Origin: Mesoflavibacter sp.
Lineage (GTDB): Bacteria > Bacteroidota > Bacteroidia > Flavobacteriales > Flavobacteriaceae
Direction: 5' to 3'
Assembly (NCBI GenBank): GCA_034110465.1
Contig: JAWUZD010000012.1
Coordinates: forward strand, 80,017 to 144,016
DNA: 64,000 bases
Shown here: positions 46,731-55,350 of the stretch, one piece after another
How positions within the stretch are numbered: the stretch's first letter is position 1
How the letters are laid out: each line of letters opens with the position of its first letter
Made by a program: the position numbers and the translations under genes
The notes under the pieces: model-generated
What the model saw: the letters and a program-made list of their open reading frames with translations, nothing else
Told to the model about the DNA's origin: nothing
Database searches by the model: none

Positions 46731-47795
46731 ATGAAAATATTTAGACTCATTCTTATTTTATTTTTAGTTTCCTGTGGAGATAAAGAAACTGAAGTTGATA
46801 CCTATGAGCCTATTCCATATACGTTACAAATCCCAGAATTATTTCAACAAAAACTAATTCCACCATTAATTCCTATTAATAATAAACTAACAATTGAAGG
46901 TGTTACTCTAGGAGAAAAATTGTTTTTTGATAAGTTATTATCTACAGACAATTCTGTGTCTTGCGCAAGTTGCCATAATCCACAAGATGCTTTTTCAGAT
47001 AATAACATAGTAAGTACTGGTGTTAACGGTTTAACTGGCACAAGACATTCTATGCCACTATTTAATTTAGCATGGAACTTTGATGAAAAATTCTTTTGGG
47101 ATGGTCATGAGTTTAGCTTGGAACAACAAGCTTTAGAACCTGTAATTCAAGCAAACGAATTAGGGAATTCAGATTGGGAAATCGTTGAAGAACGTCTTCA
47201 AAACACCACAGAATATCCAGATTTATTCCAAAAAGCATTTAAAACATCTACTATAACAAAAACATTAATCGCACAAGCTATAGCTCAATTTGAACGTACT
47301 CTAATTTCAGGAAACTCTAAATTTGACAGATACAGTTTAGGCATAGAAACATTAACATCTGAGGAGTTAGATGGTTTAGATGTTTTTATGAATGAAGAAC
47401 GCGGAGATTGTTTCCATTGTCATGGTAATCCTAATAATCCACTTTGGACAGATAATAAATTTCACAACAATGGCTTAGATGCTACATTTACAGATTTAGG
47501 CTTAGGAGGATTTACTGGAGATCCAAATGACAACGGAAAATTTAAATCGCCTTCTTTACGTAATTTAGAATACACAGCTCCATATATGCATGATGGGAGA
47601 TTTGCAACCCTAGAAGATGTTATAAATCATTACAGCGAAGGTATTCAAGACTCGCCTACAATAGATGCTTTAATTAAAAAAGCTGATCAAGGTGGTGTTC
47701 AGCTACCAGTCCAAGATAAAGCTAATTTAAAAGCCTTTTTATTAACACTTTCTGATCCAGATTTTGTAAACAATTCTTTATTTCAAAATCAATAA
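46731..47795 (+). CDS. mbnH: di-haem cytochrome c peroxidase family protein (MauG/MbnH-like), lipoprotein
   Basis: 354 aa with lipobox LVSCGDK. CASCH is at 46962-46976 and CFHCH at 47409-47423. It has typical CCP/MauG blocks (GEKLFFDK.LS....SCASCH, FWDG, ALEP, F..FERTL, F......G.C..CH, F.N.G, FK.PSLRN...TAPYMHDG.F.TLE.VI.HY). Confidence 0.8.
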   Translation: MKIFRLILILFLVSCGDKETEVDTYEPIPYTLQIPELFQQKLIPPLIPINNKLTIEGVTLGEKLFFDKLLSTDNSVSCASCHNPQDAFSDNNIVSTGVNGLTGTRHSMPLFNLAWNFDEKFFWDGHEFSLEQQALEPVIQANELGNSDWEIVEERLQNTTEYPDLFQKAFKTSTITKTLIAQAIAQFERTLISGNSKFDRYSLGIETLTSEELDGLDVFMNEERGDCFHCHGNPNNPLWTDNKFHNNGLDATFTDLGLGGFTGDPNDNGKFKSPSLRNLEYTAPYMHDGRFATLEDVINHYSEGIQDSPTIDALIKKADQGGVQLPVQDKANLKAFLLTLSDPDFVNNSLFQNQ

Positions 47796-47861
47796 GAAAA
47801 ACATATACTATCCATATCAAAATTTAATGTTAGGTTCTTTAAAAAAAAGAGACTTATATTG

Positions 47862-47869
47862 TATATTTG
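47862..47869 (+). promoter_or_regulatory. candidate -7 box (TATATTTG) for the suf operon
   Basis: Matches TAnnTTTG, 34 nt upstream of ATG 47903. I found no well-spaced -33 TTG. Confidence 0.35.
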
Positions 47870-47902
47870 TGCTTTATTTAGATTAATTCTAATTGAAAAA
47901 TT

Positions 47903-48232
47903 ATGATAAAAGTTTCAGACATTGCTAAGAAAAAAGTAGTTGATCTTATGAATGATGATGGTTTTGACGCAGCGGTACATTTTGTACGTGTTGGTGTTAA
48001 AAGTGGTGGTTGTTCTGGATTATCTTACGACTTAAATTTTGATCAAAATCAAACCGAAGACGATAAAATCTTTGAGGATAATGGCGTAAAAATAATAGTA
48101 GACAAAAAAAGTTTTTTATACCTAATTGGAACCACTTTAGAATATTCTGGTGGATTAAATGGAACTGGATTTGTTTTTAACAACCCTAACGCTAACAGAA
48201 CTTGTGGTTGTGGAGAATCATTTTCACTTTAA
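47903..48232 (+). CDS. sufA: iron-sulfur cluster insertion/assembly A-type carrier (HesB/IscA/SufA family)
   Basis: 109 aa. The GGCSG block and C-terminal CGCGESF are the three conserved Cys of A-type carriers. Confidence 0.9.
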   Translation: MIKVSDIAKKKVVDLMNDDGFDAAVHFVRVGVKSGGCSGLSYDLNFDQNQTEDDKIFEDNGVKIIVDKKSFLYLIGTTLEYSGGLNGTGFVFNNPNANRTCGCGESFSL

Positions 48233-48307
48233 GAATTAAAAAACATATTGAAAAATTTTAACCGAATTAGTTTAAAATTAATTTTCAACTTTACAACATA
48301 AAACTTG

Positions 48308-49756
48308 ATGAGTAAATATACTGAAGATGACTTAAGAGAAGAGTTAAAAACCAAAGAATACGAATATGGTTTTTATACAGATATTGAATCTGAAACTTTC
48401 CCTATTGGTCTAAATGAAGACATTGTACGTGCTATTTCTAAGAAAAAGAACGAACCACAATGGATGACGGATTGGAGACTAGAAGCTTTCAAGGTGTGGA
48501 AAACAATGGAAGAACCTGATTGGGCAAATGTAAATTACACAAAACCAGATTTTCAGGCTATTGCTTATTATTCGGCTCCAAAAGCTATTGACCCCAACAA
48601 AACATTAGACGACGTAGATGCAGATCTATTAGCGATGTATAAAAAACTTGGAATATCTATAGACGAGCAAAAGAAAATGAACAACATTGCAATGGATATT
48701 GTTGTTGATTCTGTTTCTGTAGCAACTACATTCAAGAAGACTTTAGGTGAAAAAGGTATTATTTTTATGCCAATTTCTGAAGCAATACAAGAACATCCAG
48801 AATTAGTTAGAAAATATATTGGTACCATTATTCCAACAACAGACAATTATTATGCTGCTCTAAATTCAGCGGTGTTTTCTGATGGTTCTTTTTGTTACAT
48901 TCCAAAAGGGGTAAAATGCCCAATGGAATTATCTACATATTTTAGAATTAATGAAGGTGGAACAGGACAATTTGAGCGCACACTTGTTATTGCTGACGAA
49001 GGAAGTTATGTAAGTTACCTTGAAGGTTGTACAGCTCCAAGTAGAGATGAAAATCAATTACACGCAGCTGTTGTAGAACTTATTGCTTTAGACGATGCAG
49101 AAATTAAATATTCAACAGTACAGAATTGGTATCCAGGAAATGCTGAAGGAATTGGTGGTGTTTATAACTTTGTAACTAAACGTGGTTTATGCGAAAAGAA
49201 TGCGAAAATCTCTTGGACACAAGTAGAAACAGGTTCTGCTGTAACTTGGAAATATCCTTCTTGTATTTTAAAAGGTGATAATTCTGTAGGTGAATTCTAC
49301 TCTATAGCGGTAACAACCAATTACCAGCAAGCAGATACAGGAACAAAAATGATTCATTTGGGAAAAAACACAAAATCAACAATTATCTCTAAAGGAATTT
49401 CAGCTGGAAAATCTCAAAACTCTTATCGTGGTCTTGTACAAATTAGTTCTAGAGCAGAAAACGCAAGAAATTTCTCGCAATGCGATAGTTTATTAATGGG
49501 TAACGATTGTGGTGCTCATACATTTCCATACATAGAAGCAAAAAACAAAACTGCAATAATAGAACACGAAGCAACGACTAGTAAAATTGGTGAAGACCAA
49601 ATATTTTACTGTAACCAACGTGGAATAGATACAGAAAAAGCCATTGCTTTAATTGTAAACGGATTTAGTAAAGACGTTTTAAACAAATTACCTATGGAAT
49701 TTGCTGTTGAAGCACAAAAACTATTGGAAATTAGTTTAGAAGGATCTGTTGGATAA
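48308..49756 (+). CDS. sufB: Fe-S cluster assembly scaffold protein SufB
   Basis: The track starts at TTG 48305; ATG follows at 48308. 482-483 aa. [73 protein letters not shown]...RGI. Confidence 0.95.
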   Translation: MSKYTEDDLREELKTKEYEYGFYTDIESETFPIGLNEDIVRAISKKKNEPQWMTDWRLEAFKVWKTMEEPDWANVNYTKPDFQAIAYYSAPKAIDPNKTLDDVDADLLAMYKKLGISIDEQKKMNNIAMDIVVDSVSVATTFKKTLGEKGIIFMPISEAIQEHPELVRKYIGTIIPTTDNYYAALNSAVFSDGSFCYIPKGVKCPMELSTYFRINEGGTGQFERTLVIADEGSYVSYLEGCTAPSRDENQLHAAVVELIALDDAEIKYSTVQNWYPGNAEGIGGVYNFVTKRGLCEKNAKISWTQVETGSAVTWKYPSCILKGDNSVGEFYSIAVTTNYQQADTGTKMIHLGKNTKSTIISKGISAGKSQNSYRGLVQISSRAENARNFSQCDSLLMGNDCGAHTFPYIEAKNKTAIIEHEATTSKIGEDQIFYCNQRGIDTEKAIALIVNGFSKDVLNKLPMEFAVEAQKLLEISLEGSVG

Positions 49757-49780
49757 AAATTAAATTAAAATTTATTAAAA

Positions 49781-50185
49781 ATGAGAAACATATTATACAT
49801 TTTAGTTTTCGCGTTAAGCTTTTCAGCTTGTAAAAACGATTCAAAAGAAGTAGAAAAAATTGTAGAAACTATTGAAGATACAATTGCTAATGATGGTTTA
49901 ACCTTAATTGAAGGTGATTTTATTTATTACGCAGATGCAGCGGTTTTACAGACAAAAACTGGTTTTTTTGGTGTTATTCTTAATGATAAAGCAAAAGAAT
50001 TAGCCGAAAGAGCAAAACCATTTCAAAAGGAAACTACAGATATGGTTAAAGTTAGAGTTAGAGGTTTAATAGAACCTAAAGCTACTGATGCTGAAGGTTG
50101 GGATTTTACCGTAACCATTAAAGAAGTTGTTAGTGTTGAAGCATTAACTCTAAAAGAAAACGAAGTTATTAAAGTTGGAAAATAA
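49781..50185 (+). CDS. hypothetical lipoprotein inserted between sufB and sufC
   Basis: 134 aa with lipobox ALSFSACKND. Same strand, with gaps of 24 nt to sufB and 33 nt to sufC. I recognise no motif. Confidence 0.55.
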   Translation: MRNILYILVFALSFSACKNDSKEVEKIVETIEDTIANDGLTLIEGDFIYYADAAVLQTKTGFFGVILNDKAKELAERAKPFQKETTDMVKVRVRGLIEPKATDAEGWDFTVTIKEVVSVEALTLKENEVIKVGK

Positions 50186-50218
50186 GGTGATAAGCCTTTT
50201 CAAAATAAACACATTATA

Positions 50219-50971
50219 ATGTTAAAAATTAAAAACTTACACGCTAACATAGACGGAAAATCTATTTTAAAAGGTATTAATTTAGAAATAAAGGCAGGAG
50301 AAGTTCATGCTATAATGGGGCCAAATGGTGCTGGGAAAAGTACTTTAGCTTCAATAATTGCTGGAAAAGAAGACTACGAAGTCTCTGAAGGTAACATTAC
50401 TTTAGATAACGAAGATATTGAAGAATTAGCTGCAGAAGAACGTGCTCATAAAGGTGTGTTCTTATCATTTCAATATCCAGTAGAAATTCCTGGTGTTTCT
50501 GTAACTAACTTTATAAAAACAGCTATTAACGAAACGCGTAAAGCACAAGGTTTAGAAAATATGCCTGCAAACGTTATGCTAAAGTTAATAAAGGAAAAAG
50601 CAGAATTATTAGAAATAGACCGTAAATTCTTATCACGTTCTTTAAACGAAGGATTTTCTGGTGGAGAGAAAAAACGTAACGAGATTTTTCAAATGGCAAT
50701 GCTAGAACCAAAATTAGCTATTCTTGATGAAACTGATTCTGGTTTAGATATTGATGCCTTACGTATTGTATCTAATGGAGTTAACAAATTAAAAAGCAAG
50801 GATAATGCTGTTGTTGTAATTACACATTACCAACGCTTATTAGATTATATCGTACCGGATTTTGTTCATGTTTTAATGGATGGGAAAATTGTAAAATCTG
50901 GAGACGCTTCTTTAGCTTTAGAATTAGAGGCAAAAGGTTACGATTGGATTAAAGAAGAAGTTAACGCATAA
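50219..50971 (+). CDS. sufC: Fe-S cluster assembly ATPase SufC
   Basis: 250 aa. Walker [13 protein letters not shown] signature [11 protein letters not shown], Walker [13 protein letters not shown]-loop ITHY. Confidence 0.95.
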   Translation: MLKIKNLHANIDGKSILKGINLEIKAGEVHAIMGPNGAGKSTLASIIAGKEDYEVSEGNITLDNEDIEELAAEERAHKGVFLSFQYPVEIPGVSVTNFIKTAINETRKAQGLENMPANVMLKLIKEKAELLEIDRKFLSRSLNEGFSGGEKKRNEIFQMAMLEPKLAILDETDSGLDIDALRIVSNGVNKLKSKDNAVVVITHYQRLLDYIVPDFVHVLMDGKIVKSGDASLALELEAKGYDWIKEEVNA

Positions 50972-51133
50972 TAGTTAGCAGTGTTTTAGTCTTCAGTTAG
51001 CAGTTAAGTAAAACGTTGTTAATTTTGGATTTAACAAAAACTATTATATTATTTAAAGTGAAAGATTGCAGTTTTTTCTAGCATTTACAGCTAACCGAAT
51101 ACTGAAAACTTAGTACTGAAGACTTAAAAAGAA
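50972..51133 (+). repeat. 162-nt spacer inside the suf operon with terminal imperfect inverted repeats and CAGT/ACTG word repeats
   Basis: GTTAGCAGT occurs twice (50974-50982, 50996-51004) and pairs with ACAGCTAAC (51087-51095). TTTTAGTCTTCAGT (50984-50997) pairs with ACTGAAGACTTAAAA (51115-51129, one bulge). ACTGAA occurs twice in the right arm. The core between the arms is AT-rich. Confidence 0.4.
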
Positions 51134-52447
51134 ATGGATTTAAAAGATAAATTAGTTACCTCATTTTTAGCATTCGAAAATCAGGTCGATGTAGACTCTA
51201 ATATTCACGATATTAGAACTGAAGCTATAAAAACATTTGAAAGCAAAGGTTTTCCAACTAAAAAAGATGAAAACTGGAAATACACATCATTAAAAGGTGT
51301 GTTAAAACACGATTATAGTGTATTCCCTAAACATGAAAATGCTTTAGAATATAGTGATGTAAAAAAGTATTTCTTACATGATATAGATACCTATAAAGTA
51401 GTTTTTATTGATGGAAAGTACTCGTCTCACTTATCTCAAACAACACATGATGGTATAGATGTTTGTTTAATGTCTTCGGCTTTAAACAAACCTAAATACA
51501 AAATTATAGTAGATAATTACTTTAATAAAATTGCTCCAAAAGATAGTGTAACAGCTTTAAATACAGCATTTTCTAAAGAAGGCGCATACATTCATATCCC
51601 AAAAAATAAAGTGGTTGAAAAACCAATTCAAATTATTCATTTTTCTACAGGTAGTGAAGCTGCAACAATGTTACAGCCAAGAAATCTTATTGTTGTAGAC
51701 GAAAATGCACACGTACAAATTATAGAAAGACACCAGAGTTTAACAAATAATCCTGTTTTGACTAATTCTGTTACAGAAATTTTTGCTAATAAGCGCGCAA
51801 TTGTTGATTACTATAAAGTACAAAACGATAACCAGGAAGCATCGCTTATAGATAGTACTTACGTGAATCAAAAACGCGAAAGTTTAGCATCAGTACATAC
51901 GTTTACTTTTGGAGGAAAACTAACTCGTAATAACCTTAATTTCTATCAAAATGGAGAACATTTAGATTCTACAATGAAAGGAATTACTATTATTGGCGAT
52001 AAACAACACGTGGACCACAATACATTAGTGCATCATATTGAACCAAATTGCGAAAGCCACCAAGATTATAAAGGCATTTACAACGATAGTTCTACAGGTG
52101 TTTTTAATGGTAAGGTTTTAGTTGAAAAAGATGCACAAAAAACAAATGCATTTCAAGCAAACAATAATATTTTAACTAGCGATAAAGCATCAATTAACAC
52201 CAAACCTCAACTAGAGATTTTTGCAGATGACGTAAAATGTTCTCACGGTTGTACTATTGGACAGTTAGATGAAAGTGCTTTATTTTATATGAAACAACGT
52301 GGTATTCCAGAAAAGGAAGCTAAAGCATTATTAATGTTTGCCTTTAGTAATAACGTATTAAGCTCTGTTAAAATACCAGAATTAAAACAACGTATTACAA
52401 AATTAATTGCTACAAAATTAGGCGTAGATATTGGTTTTGACCTTTAA
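51134..52447 (+). CDS. sufD: Fe-S cluster assembly protein SufD
   Basis: 437 aa. SufB/D beta-helix with C-terminal ...KPQLEIFADDVKCSHG.T.GQLDE..LFY...RGI....A..LL..AF. Confidence 0.9.
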   Translation: MDLKDKLVTSFLAFENQVDVDSNIHDIRTEAIKTFESKGFPTKKDENWKYTSLKGVLKHDYSVFPKHENALEYSDVKKYFLHDIDTYKVVFIDGKYSSHLSQTTHDGIDVCLMSSALNKPKYKIIVDNYFNKIAPKDSVTALNTAFSKEGAYIHIPKNKVVEKPIQIIHFSTGSEAATMLQPRNLIVVDENAHVQIIERHQSLTNNPVLTNSVTEIFANKRAIVDYYKVQNDNQEASLIDSTYVNQKRESLASVHTFTFGGKLTRNNLNFYQNGEHLDSTMKGITIIGDKQHVDHNTLVHHIEPNCESHQDYKGIYNDSSTGVFNGKVLVEKDAQKTNAFQANNNILTSDKASINTKPQLEIFADDVKCSHGCTIGQLDESALFYMKQRGIPEKEAKALLMFAFSNNVLSSVKIPELKQRITKLIATKLGVDIGFDL

Positions 52448-52473
52448 TTTTTACTAATAATTTTAAATTATAT

Positions 52474-52506
52474 AAAGCAGTTACTTTTTTAGTAGCTGCT
52501 TTTTTA
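52474..52506. terminator. hairpin terminator between sufD (+) and the convergent LRR lipoprotein gene (-)
   Basis: AAAGCAGTTACT-ttttt-AGTAGCTGCTTTTTT, with one mismatch in the stem. Confidence 0.65.
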
Positions 52507-53433
52507 TTGGCTACAATTACCATTTTGCATATCTAGTAAAGTTGGATTATACGCACAACCTGAAACACCTGGGTAAGATTCCAAATTACCATTATTAATT
52601 AAATTATCTAAACCACAATAATCCGCTAAATTTACATTATTATTAATTACTAACGTATCGGCTTGCAACAAATTTTCTAAACCATCAAACGAGATTAAGT
52701 TTGGATTATATTTTACATCTAAACCCCAATCACTAATACCTGAGAGGTAAGTTAGTTCACCTAATCCAACAAAGTTTGTCAATGAATAATTATCATAAAT
52801 AAAAAAACCTCCAGAACCTTTTAAATTATCAAGGCCTGTAAAATTTGTGAGACTATTCTCCTGTTGTAAAACAAAACTTTCAATATACTCAATATTATTA
52901 AACCCGCTAAAAGAGGTTATGTTATCGTTAACAGAAATTCTAAGTTTTACAGAAATATTATTTAACTCTTCTAGACCAATAAAATTTAAAAGATTATGAT
53001 TAGAACTAAAATTTAAAGTCCCTATACTTGAAGGCACAACAATATTTCCTAAAGATTCTAAATATTGATTATTGTTTATACTTAAAACCCCTAAAAATGT
53101 TTGATTCGTTAAATTTATCCCTTCTAGACTAGTTACATTAGTATTTATAACATATAATCCCATAACTTCTTTAATCCCCGATAATGGCAACAAAGAATTT
53201 ATAGGAATGCTTTCCGGAGAACTCTCAATATGCAAAACACCATTTATCCCTGAATAACACATAGCACCAAAATCATTAACTTCAAATTGGTTCGTTAATG
53301 TAACATTTCCTTGAAAAATACTAGTATTTTCAGAACAAGTAGTAGATTGATTTTGTTGTTGGACTGAATTACTATCATCCGATGAGCAAGAAACAATAAA
53401 ACAAATAAAAGCTAATAAGTATAAATTTTTCAT
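52504..53433 (-). CDS. leucine-rich-repeat (receptor-L-domain-like) lipoprotein, antisense insertion between sufD and sufS
   Basis: 309 aa with lipobox FIVSCSSD. About 22-24-aa repeats of the form L.I..N..L..F.GL.NL..I.G: ...NQYLESLGNI, NHNLLNFIGLEELNNI, NDNITSFSGFNNIEYI, ENSLTNFTGLDNLKG, NYSLTNFVGLGELTYL, NPNLISFDGLENLLQ, NVNLADYCGLDNL. Confidence 0.6.
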   Translation of the reverse strand: MKNLYLLAFICFIVSCSSDDSNSVQQQNQSTTCSENTSIFQGNVTLTNQFEVNDFGAMCYSGINGVLHIESSPESIPINSLLPLSGIKEVMGLYVINTNVTSLEGINLTNQTFLGVLSINNNQYLESLGNIVVPSSIGTLNFSSNHNLLNFIGLEELNNISVKLRISVNDNITSFSGFNNIEYIESFVLQQENSLTNFTGLDNLKGSGGFFIYDNYSLTNFVGLGELTYLSGISDWGLDVKYNPNLISFDGLENLLQADTLVINNNVNLADYCGLDNLINNGNLESYPGVSGCAYNPTLLDMQNGNCSQ

Positions 53434-53453
53434 GTTAAAATTAATTTGCTACA

Positions 53454-53473
53454 ATATATATATATATATATAT
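53454..53473. repeat. (AT)10 dinucleotide microsatellite in the promoter region of the LRR lipoprotein gene
   Basis: 20 nt of perfect alternating AT, beginning 21 nt upstream of the start codon (53433, minus strand). On the minus strand it lies between a TTTG (53486-53483) and a -7-like TATATTGT (53458-51). Confidence 0.9.
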
Positions 53474-53571
53474 TCATGGATTCAAAACAACATTTTAAAA
53501 TAAAATTTATAGAAAATATTGATTACGATGTTTTTGGAAGATAAATAATTCATAATTAAAGCTACATGCCT

Positions 53572-53579
53572 TAACTTTG
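53572..53579 (+). promoter_or_regulatory. candidate -7 box (TAACTTTG) immediately upstream of sufS
   Basis: Matches TAnnTTTG and ends 4 nt before ATG 53584. This would imply a leaderless or near-leaderless sufS mRNA. Confidence 0.3.
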
Positions 53580-53583
53580 TACT

Positions 53584-54798
53584 ATGCTAGATATTAAGAA
53601 AATTAGACAAGATTTCCCTATACTAAATCGTGAGGTTAATGGTAAGCCTTTAGTGTATTTAGACAATGCAGCAACATCTCAAACACCACAACAGGTTATA
53701 GATGTTATTGTGGATTATTACAGTAATTACAACGCTAATATTCATAGAGGTGTTCATACCTTAAGTCAAGAAGCGACAGATAAATATGAAGAAGCTCGTT
53801 TAACGATTCAAAAACATTTTAATGCAAAAGAAGCGTACGAGATTATTTTAACGTCTGGAACTACAGAAAGTATAAATTTAGTTGCAAACGGATTTGCTTC
53901 ACTTTTAGAAAAAGGAGACGAAATTATTGTTTCGGCATTAGAACACCATAGTAATATAGTGCCTTGGCAAATGTTATGCAAAAAAACAGGTGCTATTCTA
54001 AAAGTAATTCCAATGACTCCAGAAGGCGAATTGGATATGCATACTTACGCAGAATTATTAAATAACAAAACAAAATTAGTTTTTGTAAATCATATCTCTA
54101 ATGCACTAGGAACTATAAATCCAATTGAAGCTATTATTGAACAAGCACACAATGTTGGAGCTGCTGTTTTAATAGATGGCGCACAAGCTTGTCCACATAT
54201 TAAGCCAGATGTACAAGCTTTAGATATTGATTTTTATGTTACCTCAGCACATAAAATTTGTGGACCAACTGGTGTAGGAATGTTATACGGAAAACAAGAA
54301 TGGCTAGAAAAATTACCACCATACCAAGGTGGCGGAGAAATGATAGCAACTGTAAGTTTCGAGAAAACTACGTATGCAGGTTTACCTCATAAATTTGAAG
54401 CTGGAACACCTAATATTTGTGGTGGAATAGCTTTTGGAGCTGCTTTAGACTATATGAATTCTATTGGATTCGATAAAATAGCAGCTTACGAAAATGAGCT
54501 TTTAGATTACGCTACGCAAGAATTATTAAAAATTGAAGGCCTAAAAATTTACGGAACCTCTAAACACAAAACCTCAGTAATATCATTTAATTTAGAAGGA
54601 ATTCACCCGTATGATGTTGGAACATTATTAGATAAAATGGGAATTGCAGTAAGAACTGGTCACCATTGTGCACAACCAATAATGACCTATTTTAATATTC
54701 CTGGAACCGTTAGAGCTTCGTTTGCATTTTATAATACTAAAGCAGAAATAGAAGCCTTAATTACTGGTGTAAAAAAAGCAAAAATGATGCTGAGTTAA
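53584..54798 (+). CDS. sufS: cysteine desulfurase SufS (class V aminotransferase, group II)
   Basis: 404 aa. YLDNAATSQ, NANIHRGVH.LS, PLP-Lys context SAHKICGPTGVG, active-site loop RTGHHCAQP. Confidence 0.95.
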   Translation: MLDIKKIRQDFPILNREVNGKPLVYLDNAATSQTPQQVIDVIVDYYSNYNANIHRGVHTLSQEATDKYEEARLTIQKHFNAKEAYEIILTSGTTESINLVANGFASLLEKGDEIIVSALEHHSNIVPWQMLCKKTGAILKVIPMTPEGELDMHTYAELLNNKTKLVFVNHISNALGTINPIEAIIEQAHNVGAAVLIDGAQACPHIKPDVQALDIDFYVTSAHKICGPTGVGMLYGKQEWLEKLPPYQGGGEMIATVSFEKTTYAGLPHKFEAGTPNICGGIAFGAALDYMNSIGFDKIAAYENELLDYATQELLKIEGLKIYGTSKHKTSVISFNLEGIHPYDVGTLLDKMGIAVRTGHHCAQPIMTYFNIPGTVRASFAFYNTKAEIEALITGVKKAKMMLS

Positions 54799-54809
54799 AA
54801 AACTCAGTC

Positions 54810-55299
54810 TTAATCCTTAAATATAAAAGGAACATATTTTCCTTCAAAATATAAACCATTAATAATACTTCCTTTTGGGATAGGTTGAGAAAACAAACCT
54901 TGTATAAAAAACGATTTTTTCTTACCAGGTTTTATTGTAAATATTCGTCTTTCTATTTTGTTTGCGAGCCGAAGACCTGATTGAATTCCTCCTACTTTTT
55001 GTGTTTTATTTGAATCGTATACAATACCTAATTCTCTTAAATCAATCTGAATTTTTTTATTTGTAGTATTTTTAATCCATATAACTACTTGGGCATTTCT
55101 ATAACCTTTTTTTTGCAAAAAAAGTTTGAGTACCCTGAAAATTACTCATAGCTCTATGTACAGAGTAAGAAAAACCTCTCATAGAGAAATTTTCAGGGTA
55201 CTCGATCCATTTTTTGGTATCTAAGCGCTGGTATTGTAATTTATTTTGAGACAAAAGAAACATTGGCAATAAAAACAAAATGGTAAAAAAATATTTCAT
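54810..55299 (-). pseudogene. secreted hypothetical protein split by a +1 frameshift in an A8 homopolymer
   Basis: Track ORFs 55099-55299 (signal peptide MKYFFTILFLLPMFLLSQ) and 54810-55118 overlap in different frames. The span is 490 nt, not a multiple of 3. The sense strand reads ...ACT TTT TTT GCA AAA AAA AGG TTA TAG. Removing one A from the A8 run (plus-strand T8 at 55107-55114) gives ...FFAKKGYRNAQVVIW... and one ~162-aa ORF. Confidence 0.55.
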
Positions 55300-55350
55300 A
55301 TTAAATTTGGCTTATTTTTTGTAGTTTTAACCATAAAAATAACAAATTTT

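Noticed and set aside
54810-55299. Treating 55099-55299 and 54810-55118 as two independent small genes.
   Set aside because: They overlap by 20 nt in different frames exactly at an A8/T7 homopolymer pair. The upstream piece is only a signal peptide plus a short stub. The downstream piece starts at a TTG inside the homopolymer region. A single frameshifted gene is the more economical reading.
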